From positions 1-64,000 of the IMG/VR virus record IMGVR_UViG_3300042398_001385: a stretch of 64,000 nucleotides of DNA; one strand, 5' to 3'. This DNA comes from a virus. The notes beneath the pieces are model-generated. The model was not told where the DNA came from and did no database searches. It saw only the letters and a list, made by a program, of their open reading frames with translations. Positions 49,608 through 58,413 of this stretch are shown one piece after another (within the stretch, counting starts at the first letter, position 1; each line of letters starts with the position of its first letter). Position numbers and translations under genes: made by a program.

Positions 49608-51620
49608 TTATGCTGCACTAACCCCGTCGGCGTATGTCATTTTTCCTCCTGCTGCCTTAAGTACTTTTAATAGAGTAGATTTTAAGTTATCTCCTGTGTA
49701 TGTCTTGCCTTTAAATGTCATGCTCCTACCTCCTTTGTCCCATGTACCTCTTATTGCTGTAGCAATCTTTCCTGTATATGTTCCCGTGTTAAATTGCCCT
49801 TGGTCATCAAAGAATATGAACAATTTACTAAGATCAGTATCCCAGTCTAAACTTACATTAAGATATCCTTCAACCCACCATCTTTTTCCTTCAGCATCCC
49901 ATTTTAGATCTTTACCTAGCCATTCAGCAACCTTAGATATTTCTTTAGCTTGGTTCATTTTTCTTGCTTCTGCAAAATTTAATTTACATTCTATAAAATC
50001 AGATAAGTCTTTTTCTGCGCCCATCAAAGAAAATTTTATCGTCTTAGATGATTTTTTGTAAGTTCCTGGGTAGCTTTTAAATGATGTAAATTTACCAGGT
50101 AAGTAGTATTTATAATCAGTATTTCCTGCCCTGTATATAACTGCTGTTACATATCCTGCAGTTCCGTAGGATATTGTACTTTCTACATAATATCTTTTTT
50201 CCTTATCAGAATCTATAGTAGATTTGCTGTTATATTTTTTAAATTCTGTGAATAGATCCTCCATCTCCTGAATACTTAATTCTCTAGAATCTAATAATTC
50301 GCTATCATATTTAGAACCGTATTCTTTCCATGCTTTTCTTATATAGCTGTTATTATGATCTCCTTCTTTATCCAAATTGTTATTTTTTGCCCAATCTCCT
50401 TGATTTTTAATTACCCATTCTCTAAATTTATTTCCTTCAGTCTCATTTGCAAAAGGGGTTTTAGGTAGTTCATCCATTTTAAATTTTGGAGGAGCGGTAG
50501 AAGAAGATTTAGAGCCGGAAGATTTAGAACCAGAAGATGATCCAGATCCTCCTTTACTCATAGCAGCAATAGCAGCATCAACATCAAAATCGTCCGATTC
50601 ATTAACTCTGTTTCTCATAAAATCAGAGAAAGTTACTATCTTATAATTATTGTCTATAGAAATACTCTCTTTCAGACTTGTTAGAACCTCTACGAATGCT
50701 TTGGTTATATTACCTGTAGTATCTCCGGATAATGTTGTATATTTTTTAACCAATCCTGCTTTAACCCCCCTTATAACGTTTGCAGTATTTGCTCTTAAAG
50801 TAGGACCAGGATTACTAGGATTTTTATATACGATTTTCCAATCTGGCTGTTCCGCTAATTTTGTACTTTTATATTTATTATAAATTAGTAACTTAACTGC
50901 CTTTATTGTCTCTGCTTGTTTTCCAGTATAAGCAGCTTTTCTTTGTACAATTGTTTCTGCTACTTCTATTTTACCCGTTGATCCTGTACCTCCTGTACCT
51001 CCTGTACCTCCTGTAGATCCTTTTACATTTAATTTTGTTAAATATAATTTAGCCTCGTCAAATAGATCTTTAATTTCTTGTATTTTAGTTTCTAACTCTC
51101 TGTTTGATTGATCTACTGGTCTTTCTTCTATATCTTTGTTCTTGTCGTCTGACCATTTTTTAGAAAGTTCCTCGTACTCAGTAGCTATTTCTACGTATTG
51201 ATCTCTAAGTGTTCTTATTATAACATCATCCTTTCCTATTTCGAATTCACCGCCCTCTTTTTTAGCTTTGTCGTACGTACTAACTAAAAGATCTAGAACT
51301 CTATTTTTAAGAGAGTTCATAGAATCTAAATTTGTTTCGTAGTATTTATATCCAGCAGATCCACTTCTAGCAGTATTCATCATCGAGCTAACTTCTGCCA
51401 TTATCTGATCTCTTAATAGCTCAAGAGCATTTATGAAAGCATTCGTTTTAAATTTTCCGCTAGCATCTGAAAATTTATCCTCGTATTTTTTTTTCTTTCT
51501 GTTTACTCTATCAACCTTATCCCCGGATGCTGTTCTATCTTTACCTCTAGCCTCTTCTAGGGGAGATACAGATTTCATGTTTTCTAATAGGGAAGAAAAT
51601 TTATTGCTAAAATATTTCAT
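49608..51620 (-). CDS. Putative virion head protein (670 aa, multi-module)
   Basis: N-terminal FSSLLE, internal IVTFSDFMRNRVNES, Gly/Thr and Ser/Gly linkers; downstream of MCP. Confidence 0.6.
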   Translation of the reverse strand: MKYFSNKFSSLLENMKSVSPLEEARGKDRTASGDKVDRVNRKKKKYEDKFSDASGKFKTNAFINALELLRDQIMAEVSSMMNTARSGSAGYKYYETNLDSMNSLKNRVLDLLVSTYDKAKKEGGEFEIGKDDVIIRTLRDQYVEIATEYEELSKKWSDDKNKDIEERPVDQSNRELETKIQEIKDLFDEAKLYLTKLNVKGSTGGTGGTGGTGSTGKIEVAETIVQRKAAYTGKQAETIKAVKLLIYNKYKSTKLAEQPDWKIVYKNPSNPGPTLRANTANVIRGVKAGLVKKYTTLSGDTTGNITKAFVEVLTSLKESISIDNNYKIVTFSDFMRNRVNESDDFDVDAAIAAMSKGGSGSSSGSKSSGSKSSSTAPPKFKMDELPKTPFANETEGNKFREWVIKNQGDWAKNNNLDKEGDHNNSYIRKAWKEYGSKYDSELLDSRELSIQEMEDLFTEFKKYNSKSTIDSDKEKRYYVESTISYGTAGYVTAVIYRAGNTDYKYYLPGKFTSFKSYPGTYKKSSKTIKFSLMGAEKDLSDFIECKLNFAEARKMNQAKEISKVAEWLGKDLKWDAEGKRWWVEGYLNVSLDWDTDLSKLFIFFDDQGQFNTGTYTGKIATAIRGTWDKGGRSMTFKGKTYTGDNLKSTLLKVLKAAGGKMTYADGVSAA

Positions 51621-51632
51621 CTTTTATTTTTT

Positions 51633-52223
51633 TTATACTTTTTTTGTTTCCTGTTTAGCTTTTTCTAAAGTAGTTAATGCGTTAGTTATAAACTCTTTAA
51701 CCGCTGTAACTAAAGCAGTATTTGTAATTTCTGTCCCATATTTTTGCGAATAAGCTGACAGTAACTGAGATATCTTAGCAACTCCTTTATTTATTGAATC
51801 GTAAGCCTTTTTAAAATCCTCTGAGCTTTCTGCTATCTTTTTTACCTCTGTAGAAGCATTCATTGTCTGCCATTTAGTAATAATATCTTTAGAAATTATG
51901 TCCAAATTTATATCAGCTTTTTGTGAGTTTAATTTAATAAAATCAAACATCTCTGCTGCATATCTAGCTTTAACAGTTTCGTCAGTTATAGAATTCATAA
52001 AATAATTATACTCATCATATATTAACTGAAATATCTTAACAGCATATTCAGTGGCATATTTTATTTTATATTCTGATGTTCCTGGTTTTAAAAAAGCACC
52101 AGTACCTCCAGTAGATCCTTGATCTATAAGTGTTTCTCCCTCCTCATTTATTCTTGAATATTTCTTAGCAGTTTCTGTAATAGATTCAAAAAGAGGGTTA
52201 TATTCTAATCTTTTATTGTACAT
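51633..52223 (-). CDS. Putative virion head protein
   Basis: YNPLFES/RINEE N-terminus, late motif upstream. Confidence 0.55.
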   Translation of the reverse strand: MYNKRLEYNPLFESITETAKKYSRINEEGETLIDQGSTGGTGAFLKPGTSEYKIKYATEYAVKIFQLIYDEYNYFMNSITDETVKARYAAEMFDFIKLNSQKADINLDIISKDIITKWQTMNASTEVKKIAESSEDFKKAYDSINKGVAKISQLLSAYSQKYGTEITNTALVTAVKEFITNALTTLEKAKQETKKV

Positions 52224-52240
52224 TTTTTAAGATTTTTATT

Positions 52241-52248
52241 TATATATC
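52241..52248 (-). promoter_or_regulatory. GATATATA late-promoter motif
   Basis: 17 nt upstream of ATG 52223. Confidence 0.6.
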
Positions 52249-52251
52249 ATA

Positions 52252-52539
52252 TTATTTGATGGATTCCATCTTTTTATATGCTACAGATTTTTTTTGAAAT
52301 TCTGCAACTTTCTTTTGTAGTTCTATTGATTGTTGATTAAGAGACTCACTTTTAGTTAGTGTTCCGTCTTTTTCTCTTTTCTGTAAATTAGCAATAGCAA
52401 GATCTATATCAGATATCCTTTTATCTATATCCATTATTTGTTTTTCTGCATCTGTTTTAGCTTGGAGCTCTTTTGTTTTTTGCTGAGTGTTTTCTTGCTC
52501 TAAAACAAATTCGTGTATTTTAAATATTCGATTCTGCAT
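52252..52539 (-). CDS. Small coiled-coil putative head protein
   Basis: IFKIHEFVLEQ N-terminus. Confidence 0.55.
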   Translation of the reverse strand: MQNRIFKIHEFVLEQENTQQKTKELQAKTDAEKQIMDIDKRISDIDLAIANLQKREKDGTLTKSESLNQQSIELQKKVAEFQKKSVAYKKMESIK

Positions 52540-53413
52540 ATCTTCTATTTTTCATTTCCCTTTCAATGGTATTTACTCTGCTTCTTACTCGATCTATATT
52601 TTTTCTTAAATGATATTTTACATTCATTTCCTTTCTATCTAAGGTAGCTAAAGTATCTGATTCCCCTTGTCTTTCTGCTATCTTACGGTCTCTTTTAATA
52701 TTATCTATTGCTCTTGAATAAGTATCCTCCAATTCAAAAAAGAAGTCCCTTATTTGAGTATAATATTTATTAAGATTGTTCTGATCCAGGGATCTAGTTA
52801 ATGCTGAAGCCTCTTTCGGCTGCATGTTTAGAAAATTTAAAACATCCTCGCTCATTTTAGGTGGAATCTCAATTGTAGGCATATAAGAGGGTCTTTCTTT
52901 TATTTCCTCGTAGAAAGAAGCCTTCCTATTAGCATCCCTAACCAAAGCATCAAATTCTGAATTTATTTGATTTAAAAATCCCGAATCTGATATAGATCCT
53001 ATGTTCTTCATTAATTTTTCTTTGGTTTCCACTTCAACTTTAGCAACTTCTGAAGCAAAAAAAGCTTCTAACTTCGGTTCATCGTCTATAATTGATCTAG
53101 CTTCTTTGGTTAGTGCATTTATTTCCTGTCCCTTTAGAGCGGAATAAGTTCTACTTTGTCTTCTTAAATTGGTAACAGTAAATCTATATTCAGGACTATT
53201 ATCTCTATCAAGTCCATTTATTTCTTTTTCTATAGAAATAACATTAGAAACCTCTTCGTTTCTAGCTTCTCTTATTTTTTTGATAATATTTTCTATCTTA
53301 CCTTTTTTTGAGGTAAAAAAGTCCTTAACACCACCAAATAATGAAGATAAAAATCCTTCATCTATCCTATCGAAATCCTCTAGTCTTTGTATGTATTTTT
53401 TATTAAATTCCAT
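52520..53413 (-). CDS. Coiled-coil putative head protein
   Basis: IQRLEDFDRIDEGFLSSLFGG N-terminus. Confidence 0.55.
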   Translation of the reverse strand: MEFNKKYIQRLEDFDRIDEGFLSSLFGGVKDFFTSKKGKIENIIKKIREARNEEVSNVISIEKEINGLDRDNSPEYRFTVTNLRRQSRTYSALKGQEINALTKEARSIIDDEPKLEAFFASEVAKVEVETKEKLMKNIGSISDSGFLNQINSEFDALVRDANRKASFYEEIKERPSYMPTIEIPPKMSEDVLNFLNMQPKEASALTRSLDQNNLNKYYTQIRDFFFELEDTYSRAIDNIKRDRKIAERQGESDTLATLDRKEMNVKYHLRKNIDRVRSRVNTIEREMKNRRYAESNI

Positions 53414-53425
53414 ATTAATAATTTT

Positions 53426-54412
53426 TTAAGACTTAACTTTTTCTTTTTCTCCTAATTCTTCAAGATATTTTTCGATCTCATTATATAGATCATAGAGTTT
53501 AGATCTATTTTCTTCACCAAGATCCCCATGAGGATTTTCCTTAGTTATTGTTGAATTATTTTTCATCATTATATTATAGATCTCGGTTTCTAGATCAAAA
53601 ATTGCTTTTCTTCTTGTTAAATATTTAGCCTCAGTGGATTTAATTAAATCGAATCTTTTTCTGAATTCTTGCTCAGGATCATCTTCAACTCTTGGGTCAC
53701 TTCCAGTAGTTGTTGTTCTTTTAAGTTTTTCAACCTCGTATTCAGCTTTTCTTTTTGCTTCTTCTGATTCTTTTTTAAGATCATCTAAATTAACACTAAA
53801 GAAATCTTCTAAATCTTTTGTTCTATTAACACTTCTTGCAGTTATAGCCTTAGTCTTTTCGTATCTGTCACTTCTTGTTTCTTCTACGTCTACTGCTCTT
53901 TGTGCATTAAAATATTTTTTCTTTCTATTACTATCCTTAGTAAGATCCCTTACTCTCTGTTCGAAAGCACTTAATATTTCATTGTGAGTTTTAGTAAGTT
54001 CTTTAAATCTTAAATTTAAAGCATTTCTACCTTGTTGAATATCTCTACTAAGAGATTGATAGTTTGTATTTTCCCTGTCCTTATCTAGAGCTTTTTGGTC
54101 TTGTAGTAAATTATAGAACTCGTCATATATCTGATATTCTTCTCTGTTGTATTTAAGTTCCTGTTCTTTCATTTGAGTAAGTACAGTTTTTAACTTACTA
54201 ACATCACCACCGAAAGCTCCACTTAAAAAATTCATTATAGTATCGCCTAATCCTTCGTTTAGCTCCACTAGCTGACATATTAATTCACCTTCTGATATTT
54301 CACTAAACATCGGAGATTTTTTCAAAATACGAGCAGTTTTATCAATATCCCTATCGTTTTCTAAAAGAACCTGTTTTGCTTTTTGGAATTGACTTGCATT
54401 TTCAAATAACAT
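53426..54412 (-). CDS. Coiled-coil putative head protein
   Basis: LNEGLGDTIMNFLSGAFGG resembles the neighbouring gene's motif; late motif upstream. Confidence 0.55.
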   Translation of the reverse strand: MLFENASQFQKAKQVLLENDRDIDKTARILKKSPMFSEISEGELICQLVELNEGLGDTIMNFLSGAFGGDVSKLKTVLTQMKEQELKYNREEYQIYDEFYNLLQDQKALDKDRENTNYQSLSRDIQQGRNALNLRFKELTKTHNEILSAFEQRVRDLTKDSNRKKKYFNAQRAVDVEETRSDRYEKTKAITARSVNRTKDLEDFFSVNLDDLKKESEEAKRKAEYEVEKLKRTTTTGSDPRVEDDPEQEFRKRFDLIKSTEAKYLTRRKAIFDLETEIYNIMMKNNSTITKENPHGDLGEENRSKLYDLYNEIEKYLEELGEKEKVKS

Positions 54413-54428
54413 AATTTATCTTTTATTC

Positions 54429-54436
54429 TATATATC
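54429..54436 (-). promoter_or_regulatory. GATATATA late-promoter motif
   Basis: Between the MCP terminator and ATG 54412. Confidence 0.65.
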
Positions 54437-54454
54437 CAAAAACCTCCCGAAAAT

Positions 54455-54483
54455 AAAAAAGGGTCTCCGTTAAGAGACCCTTT
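54455..54483 (-). terminator. Rho-independent terminator after major capsid gene
   Basis: Perfect 10-bp stem AAAGGGTCTC/GAGACCCTTT with a T run on the minus strand. Confidence 0.85.
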
Positions 54484-54509
54484 CGAGTATGTATCTGTTA
54501 CAGTTACTA

Positions 54510-56294
54510 TTAGATGATAGCAGTAGCAGTTCCAGTGTTAACGTGGAAGCAGAAATACATTGTTTCTGGGTGGTGACCAGCCTCAACTAAAGAGTAACGA
54601 GATTTAACCGCGATTTTAGGAGACATAGTACCCTCAGAGATAGTCTGGATTGACTCAGCCATCATGTAAGGCATGAATTTCATACCTGGCTCATCATCAG
54701 CACCTTTTCTACCAACTAATACTCTAGTGTCACCGAATGACATGTTTTGATCAACATATACAGTCATACCAGCAAGTGAACCTACAGGGTATAATGTACC
54801 GTTGTTTTGAGTAAGTGTGTTAGTAAATGGAGCGAATGTGAACTGACTGATGTCTTGTAAAGCAGACGCGATTTGAGAGTTAGTAACGATGAAGTTAGCA
54901 GGACCTCTACGACCTCTGTTAGCAACTACGTTAGCAGCAGCTAAGATACGAGAGTAAAGTCTTCTTTGAACTGTTGATAAGTTCTCGAAAGTACCTGAAG
55001 CAGGACCAGCAACTGCACCTGGTTTAGAACCACCTGTGATAGCAGTACCTTGTTTACCGATGTAGTTAGGAACTGTATAAGTAGCAGCACCACCAATTAC
55101 TAAGTTTAAGTTAAGGTTTGTGTTCTCTGTTACTAAGAACTGAGAGTGGTTAGACCATCCTAGAGCGTATGCTCTTGATAAGATGTGCTTGTTAATAGCT
55201 TGAGAAACCTCGTTAACAAGTGCGTTCTCGATCATAGAAACTACGTCGATACCGAACTGCTTGTTAAGGTCTTGGATTTGCTCAGTAGTAACAGAAGCAG
55301 CAACTTGGAAAGTACCAGCTTCTACGAACTTAGTGAAAGTAGAAAGACCTAATGACTTGTAATAAGTTGTCTCACCTACTCCTCTTAACATAGGATCGTA
55401 GTTTTTAGTACCGTCTACGTATGGACCTTGCCAATCGTTATCGTTTTCAGGACCAGCTCCAGAGAAACCTTGGATATGATCTTCTAACGTTTTAACTAAT
55501 ACAGCGTTACCAGCAGTAGAAGCAGCTAAAGAACCAACGTTAACTGATGTTAAAGCAGTACCAGTAGTCCATGTAGTTGCATAGATATCAGCAGTACCAG
55601 CAGCAGGAATTACCTGAGCGATAGAGTCGCCGTTACCGATAGCAAGGATTCTGAAAATAGGGAAACCGTCGATACGTGAGTTACCGATGAATACACCGAT
55701 TGCAGCGTTACCACCTGTTGCAAGGTTAACTGAAGAAGAAAGACCAACACCGATTACATAATTATCACCTACTACAAGACCAGTTGCTGGAGAAGCAATA
55801 GCCGTAGGGATTTTAATCATGTCAGGAGTGTTAGCTACATAGTTGCTAGTAGAATCAGCTGAACTACCAGCTAATGAACCACCTGCATATACGTAGTCTA
55901 GGTAAGATAATACTCCAGTAGGACCAGCCATAGGAATAACAGGAACGATGTCAAAACCAACGGTTTTAGCAGCTACCTGAATAGCCAATGGAAGTAATGA
56001 TGGGAATTTATCACCAGAACCAACATATGGACGACCAGCGTCATAAGTGTTGTTGTAGTAGAAACCAGCAGGACCCGCACCAGCTGCACCACCTTGGTAG
56101 TTACCAGCAGGAAGTACGTTACCCATACCGTTTAATACGCCTAGAGAGTTATAAGCTCCGGCAGATTCGTTTAATGAATGGAAGTGGCAATATTTAGATA
56201 ACCACTCTACCTTTGAACGATCCGTCATACCGGTCTTACTCTCGATAATTGGAGACCACGTTTCGTAAATCTCGTTTTCGTTTAAGAGTTGCAT
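54510..56294 (-). CDS. Major capsid protein, T4 gp23-like
   Basis: WSPIIE, FDIVPVIPMAGPTG, TTEQIQDL...GIDV, INKHIL, RRGPANFIV, VGSLAG.TVYVD, FMPY, PKIAVKSRY; biased codon use; strong terminator. Confidence 0.92.
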   Translation of the reverse strand: MQLLNENEIYETWSPIIESKTGMTDRSKVEWLSKYCHFHSLNESAGAYNSLGVLNGMGNVLPAGNYQGGAAGAGPAGFYYNNTYDAGRPYVGSGDKFPSLLPLAIQVAAKTVGFDIVPVIPMAGPTGVLSYLDYVYAGGSLAGSSADSTSNYVANTPDMIKIPTAIASPATGLVVGDNYVIGVGLSSSVNLATGGNAAIGVFIGNSRIDGFPIFRILAIGNGDSIAQVIPAAGTADIYATTWTTGTALTSVNVGSLAASTAGNAVLVKTLEDHIQGFSGAGPENDNDWQGPYVDGTKNYDPMLRGVGETTYYKSLGLSTFTKFVEAGTFQVAASVTTEQIQDLNKQFGIDVVSMIENALVNEVSQAINKHILSRAYALGWSNHSQFLVTENTNLNLNLVIGGAATYTVPNYIGKQGTAITGGSKPGAVAGPASGTFENLSTVQRRLYSRILAAANVVANRGRRGPANFIVTNSQIASALQDISQFTFAPFTNTLTQNNGTLYPVGSLAGMTVYVDQNMSFGDTRVLVGRKGADDEPGMKFMPYMMAESIQTISEGTMSPKIAVKSRYSLVEAGHHPETMYFCFHVNTGTATAII

Positions 56295-56303
56295 TTTGTT
56301 AGA

Positions 56304-58391
56304 TTATTTTTTAAATCTTTTTTCTAACTCTGCTGCGATATTCTGCATGTAAGAATTACTTACTCCCGAATTAGCAGGTTTGTTAGTGTTTAGAGATTCG
56401 CTTAGGAATTCAGTAGATTCCGGTTTTACAGAAACTAATCCTCTAGTTCTCCAAAAGTGATTGATCTGATAAGGAGTATCTAATTTGTAGAATTTACTTT
56501 GAGCTACAATTGCACCTCTTTGAGATTCATTTAGACCTTCCCATGTAGGAACTAAATCACCAGGGATCATGTCAAGGAATTTTTCTCCGGAATTAGCTTG
56601 TTCAGCTAAAGCGGACCCCATAATTTGAACTACATCCGTACCCGAATTATAGTTCTGCTCGTTAAGAGCTTTAGCGACCTTTTGTTTTTCGGCCTCGTTC
56701 AAGGATAAAAATCCTTTCTTCGTTCTGTCATCGACAAGCTTTAAGAAAGAATATTTATTTTCGTTTATGATTTCGTCAGTTTTTACGTTACTAACTGATT
56801 CAATTAATTTATCAACTTTTGAAGAAAGATTTGTATAATCTCCAGAGAATCCTGAAGTTCTTCTACCTTCATTAATAGACTCGTTTACGTTCTTTGCAAG
56901 ATTTGTTCTTGTGTTTCCTCCTCTATTAATAGACTCTGCTAAATATTCAGTATAATCGATACCAGATTTAACTTTTTCAGCGATATAATCTGAATAATTA
57001 ATATTGCCATTTAACTTCTCTCCTAAGTAGTCAGAATAAGTAATATTTTGATCTAATTTCTCTCCTAAATAATCGGAGTAAGTAATGTTCTTGTCTAAGT
57101 TCTCAGCAAGATAATCAGAGTAAGAAATATTCTTGTCTAAGTTTTCAGCTAAATATTCAGAATAAGTAATATTCTTGTCTAAGTTTTCAGCTAAATATTC
57201 AGAATAAGTAATATTATTATCTAAGTTTTCTCCAAGATACTCAGAGTAAGAAATATTCTTGTCTAAGTTTTCAGCTAAGTATTCAGAATAAGTGATATTT
57301 CTATCTAGGTTTTCAGCTAAATATTTACTGTAAGCTATATTGTTATCTAGATTCTCTGCAATATATTCAGAGTAAGAAATATTTCCATCAACATGCTCAG
57401 CAAGATATTTAGCATAAGAAATAGACTTGTCTAAATTTTCTGCTAAGTATTTGTTATAAGAAATAGATCCTTCTAAATTTTCAGCTAAATAATCTCCATA
57501 TTTAATAGCTGTTTCTAAATTTTCAGCTAGATACTCAGAGTATTTTTCTAATCTTTGGATTCTTTCCTCTAAACCAGAATCTGAAAAATCTGATGTTGAT
57601 CTAGTAGAAGGTCCTTTAGAAACAGATCTAAGTTCATTTTTTAATGAATCCATTTCCTTTTTAAGGATTAATGAATATTCGTTTAGCTCTTCTGCAGTGA
57701 CAAAGTTATTGTCCATGTTTCTTGAATTATTTATGTTTTCTTTTAAAAGCCTAGAGATTTTCTCCGTATCTTTTATTCTATATATCTGAGTGTTAGAATT
57801 TTTTCTAAGCCCAAAACTTTCATTTATGTTAGTTAATGAAGAAATAATTGAATCTTTTACTGATTCTGATGGAATATGTGATCCTAAGCTTTCATAAACC
57901 CTTTCTAATTGAGCATTTTCGAATCCAGGATCAGCAACTAGATCATATGTAAAAATTTTCTTAATTTCTACTTTTTTATTCTCCTTAACGTTACCTGCTG
58001 CTCTAGAAGAGATAGAAATAGGAATACCTGCATCAATTAAATTTTTAGCTATTTTACCAGCGGGGGTATCTAAAAGTTTTACTTTTATTTTTACGTTTCT
58101 ATTAGATTTATCGTATGAAAGATCCGTAATAACGTGTGATATATTTTTAAGAGAAACGTCGAACTCCTTAGGGTGATCTAATTCACCAACTAATCTATTC
58201 TGATCAATTTTCTTTCTAAGATAATCCAAATGAGGCAAGTATTCGTTTTCCTCATAAATTCTGTGGTTAGAGTTTTCAACTCCAAAAACAGCAGCAATAC
58301 CTTCAAGAAAATATTCTCCTCCTTGCTTTTTAGTGCTAAGGTTATGAGAAGATTTCTCTAATATCAGTACGTAATCTAGGTTATTTTCCAT
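56304..58391 (-). CDS. Prohead protease (gp21-like) fused to scaffold/core domain
   Basis: LEGI, NHRIY, GELDHP, LLDTPAG, ISSRAAG, TYDLVADPGF; C-terminal 14-aa repeats; directly upstream of MCP. Confidence 0.9.
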   Translation of the reverse strand: MENNLDYVLILEKSSHNLSTKKQGGEYFLEGIAAVFGVENSNHRIYEENEYLPHLDYLRKKIDQNRLVGELDHPKEFDVSLKNISHVITDLSYDKSNRNVKIKVKLLDTPAGKIAKNLIDAGIPISISSRAAGNVKENKKVEIKKIFTYDLVADPGFENAQLERVYESLGSHIPSESVKDSIISSLTNINESFGLRKNSNTQIYRIKDTEKISRLLKENINNSRNMDNNFVTAEELNEYSLILKKEMDSLKNELRSVSKGPSTRSTSDFSDSGLEERIQRLEKYSEYLAENLETAIKYGDYLAENLEGSISYNKYLAENLDKSISYAKYLAEHVDGNISYSEYIAENLDNNIAYSKYLAENLDRNITYSEYLAENLDKNISYSEYLGENLDNNITYSEYLAENLDKNITYSEYLAENLDKNISYSDYLAENLDKNITYSDYLGEKLDQNITYSDYLGEKLNGNINYSDYIAEKVKSGIDYTEYLAESINRGGNTRTNLAKNVNESINEGRRTSGFSGDYTNLSSKVDKLIESVSNVKTDEIINENKYSFLKLVDDRTKKGFLSLNEAEKQKVAKALNEQNYNSGTDVVQIMGSALAEQANSGEKFLDMIPGDLVPTWEGLNESQRGAIVAQSKFYKLDTPYQINHFWRTRGLVSVKPESTEFLSESLNTNKPANSGVSNSYMQNIAAELEKRFKK
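56930..57542 (-). repeat. ~15 tandem 42-nt/14-aa coding repeats (YSEYLAENLDKNIT)
   Basis: Counted in the translation. Confidence 0.9.
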
Positions 58392-58402
58392 TTTTCTTTT
58401 TT

Positions 58403-58410
58403 TATATATC
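58403..58410 (-). promoter_or_regulatory. GATATATA late-promoter motif for protease-MCP operon
   Basis: 11 nt upstream of ATG 58391. Confidence 0.65.
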
Positions 58411-58413
58411 TAA

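Noticed and set aside
56930-57542. 42-nt periodic repeat as CRISPR or DGR
   Set aside because: Synonymous-site variation inside the protease-scaffold ORF; no spacers, cas or RT genes
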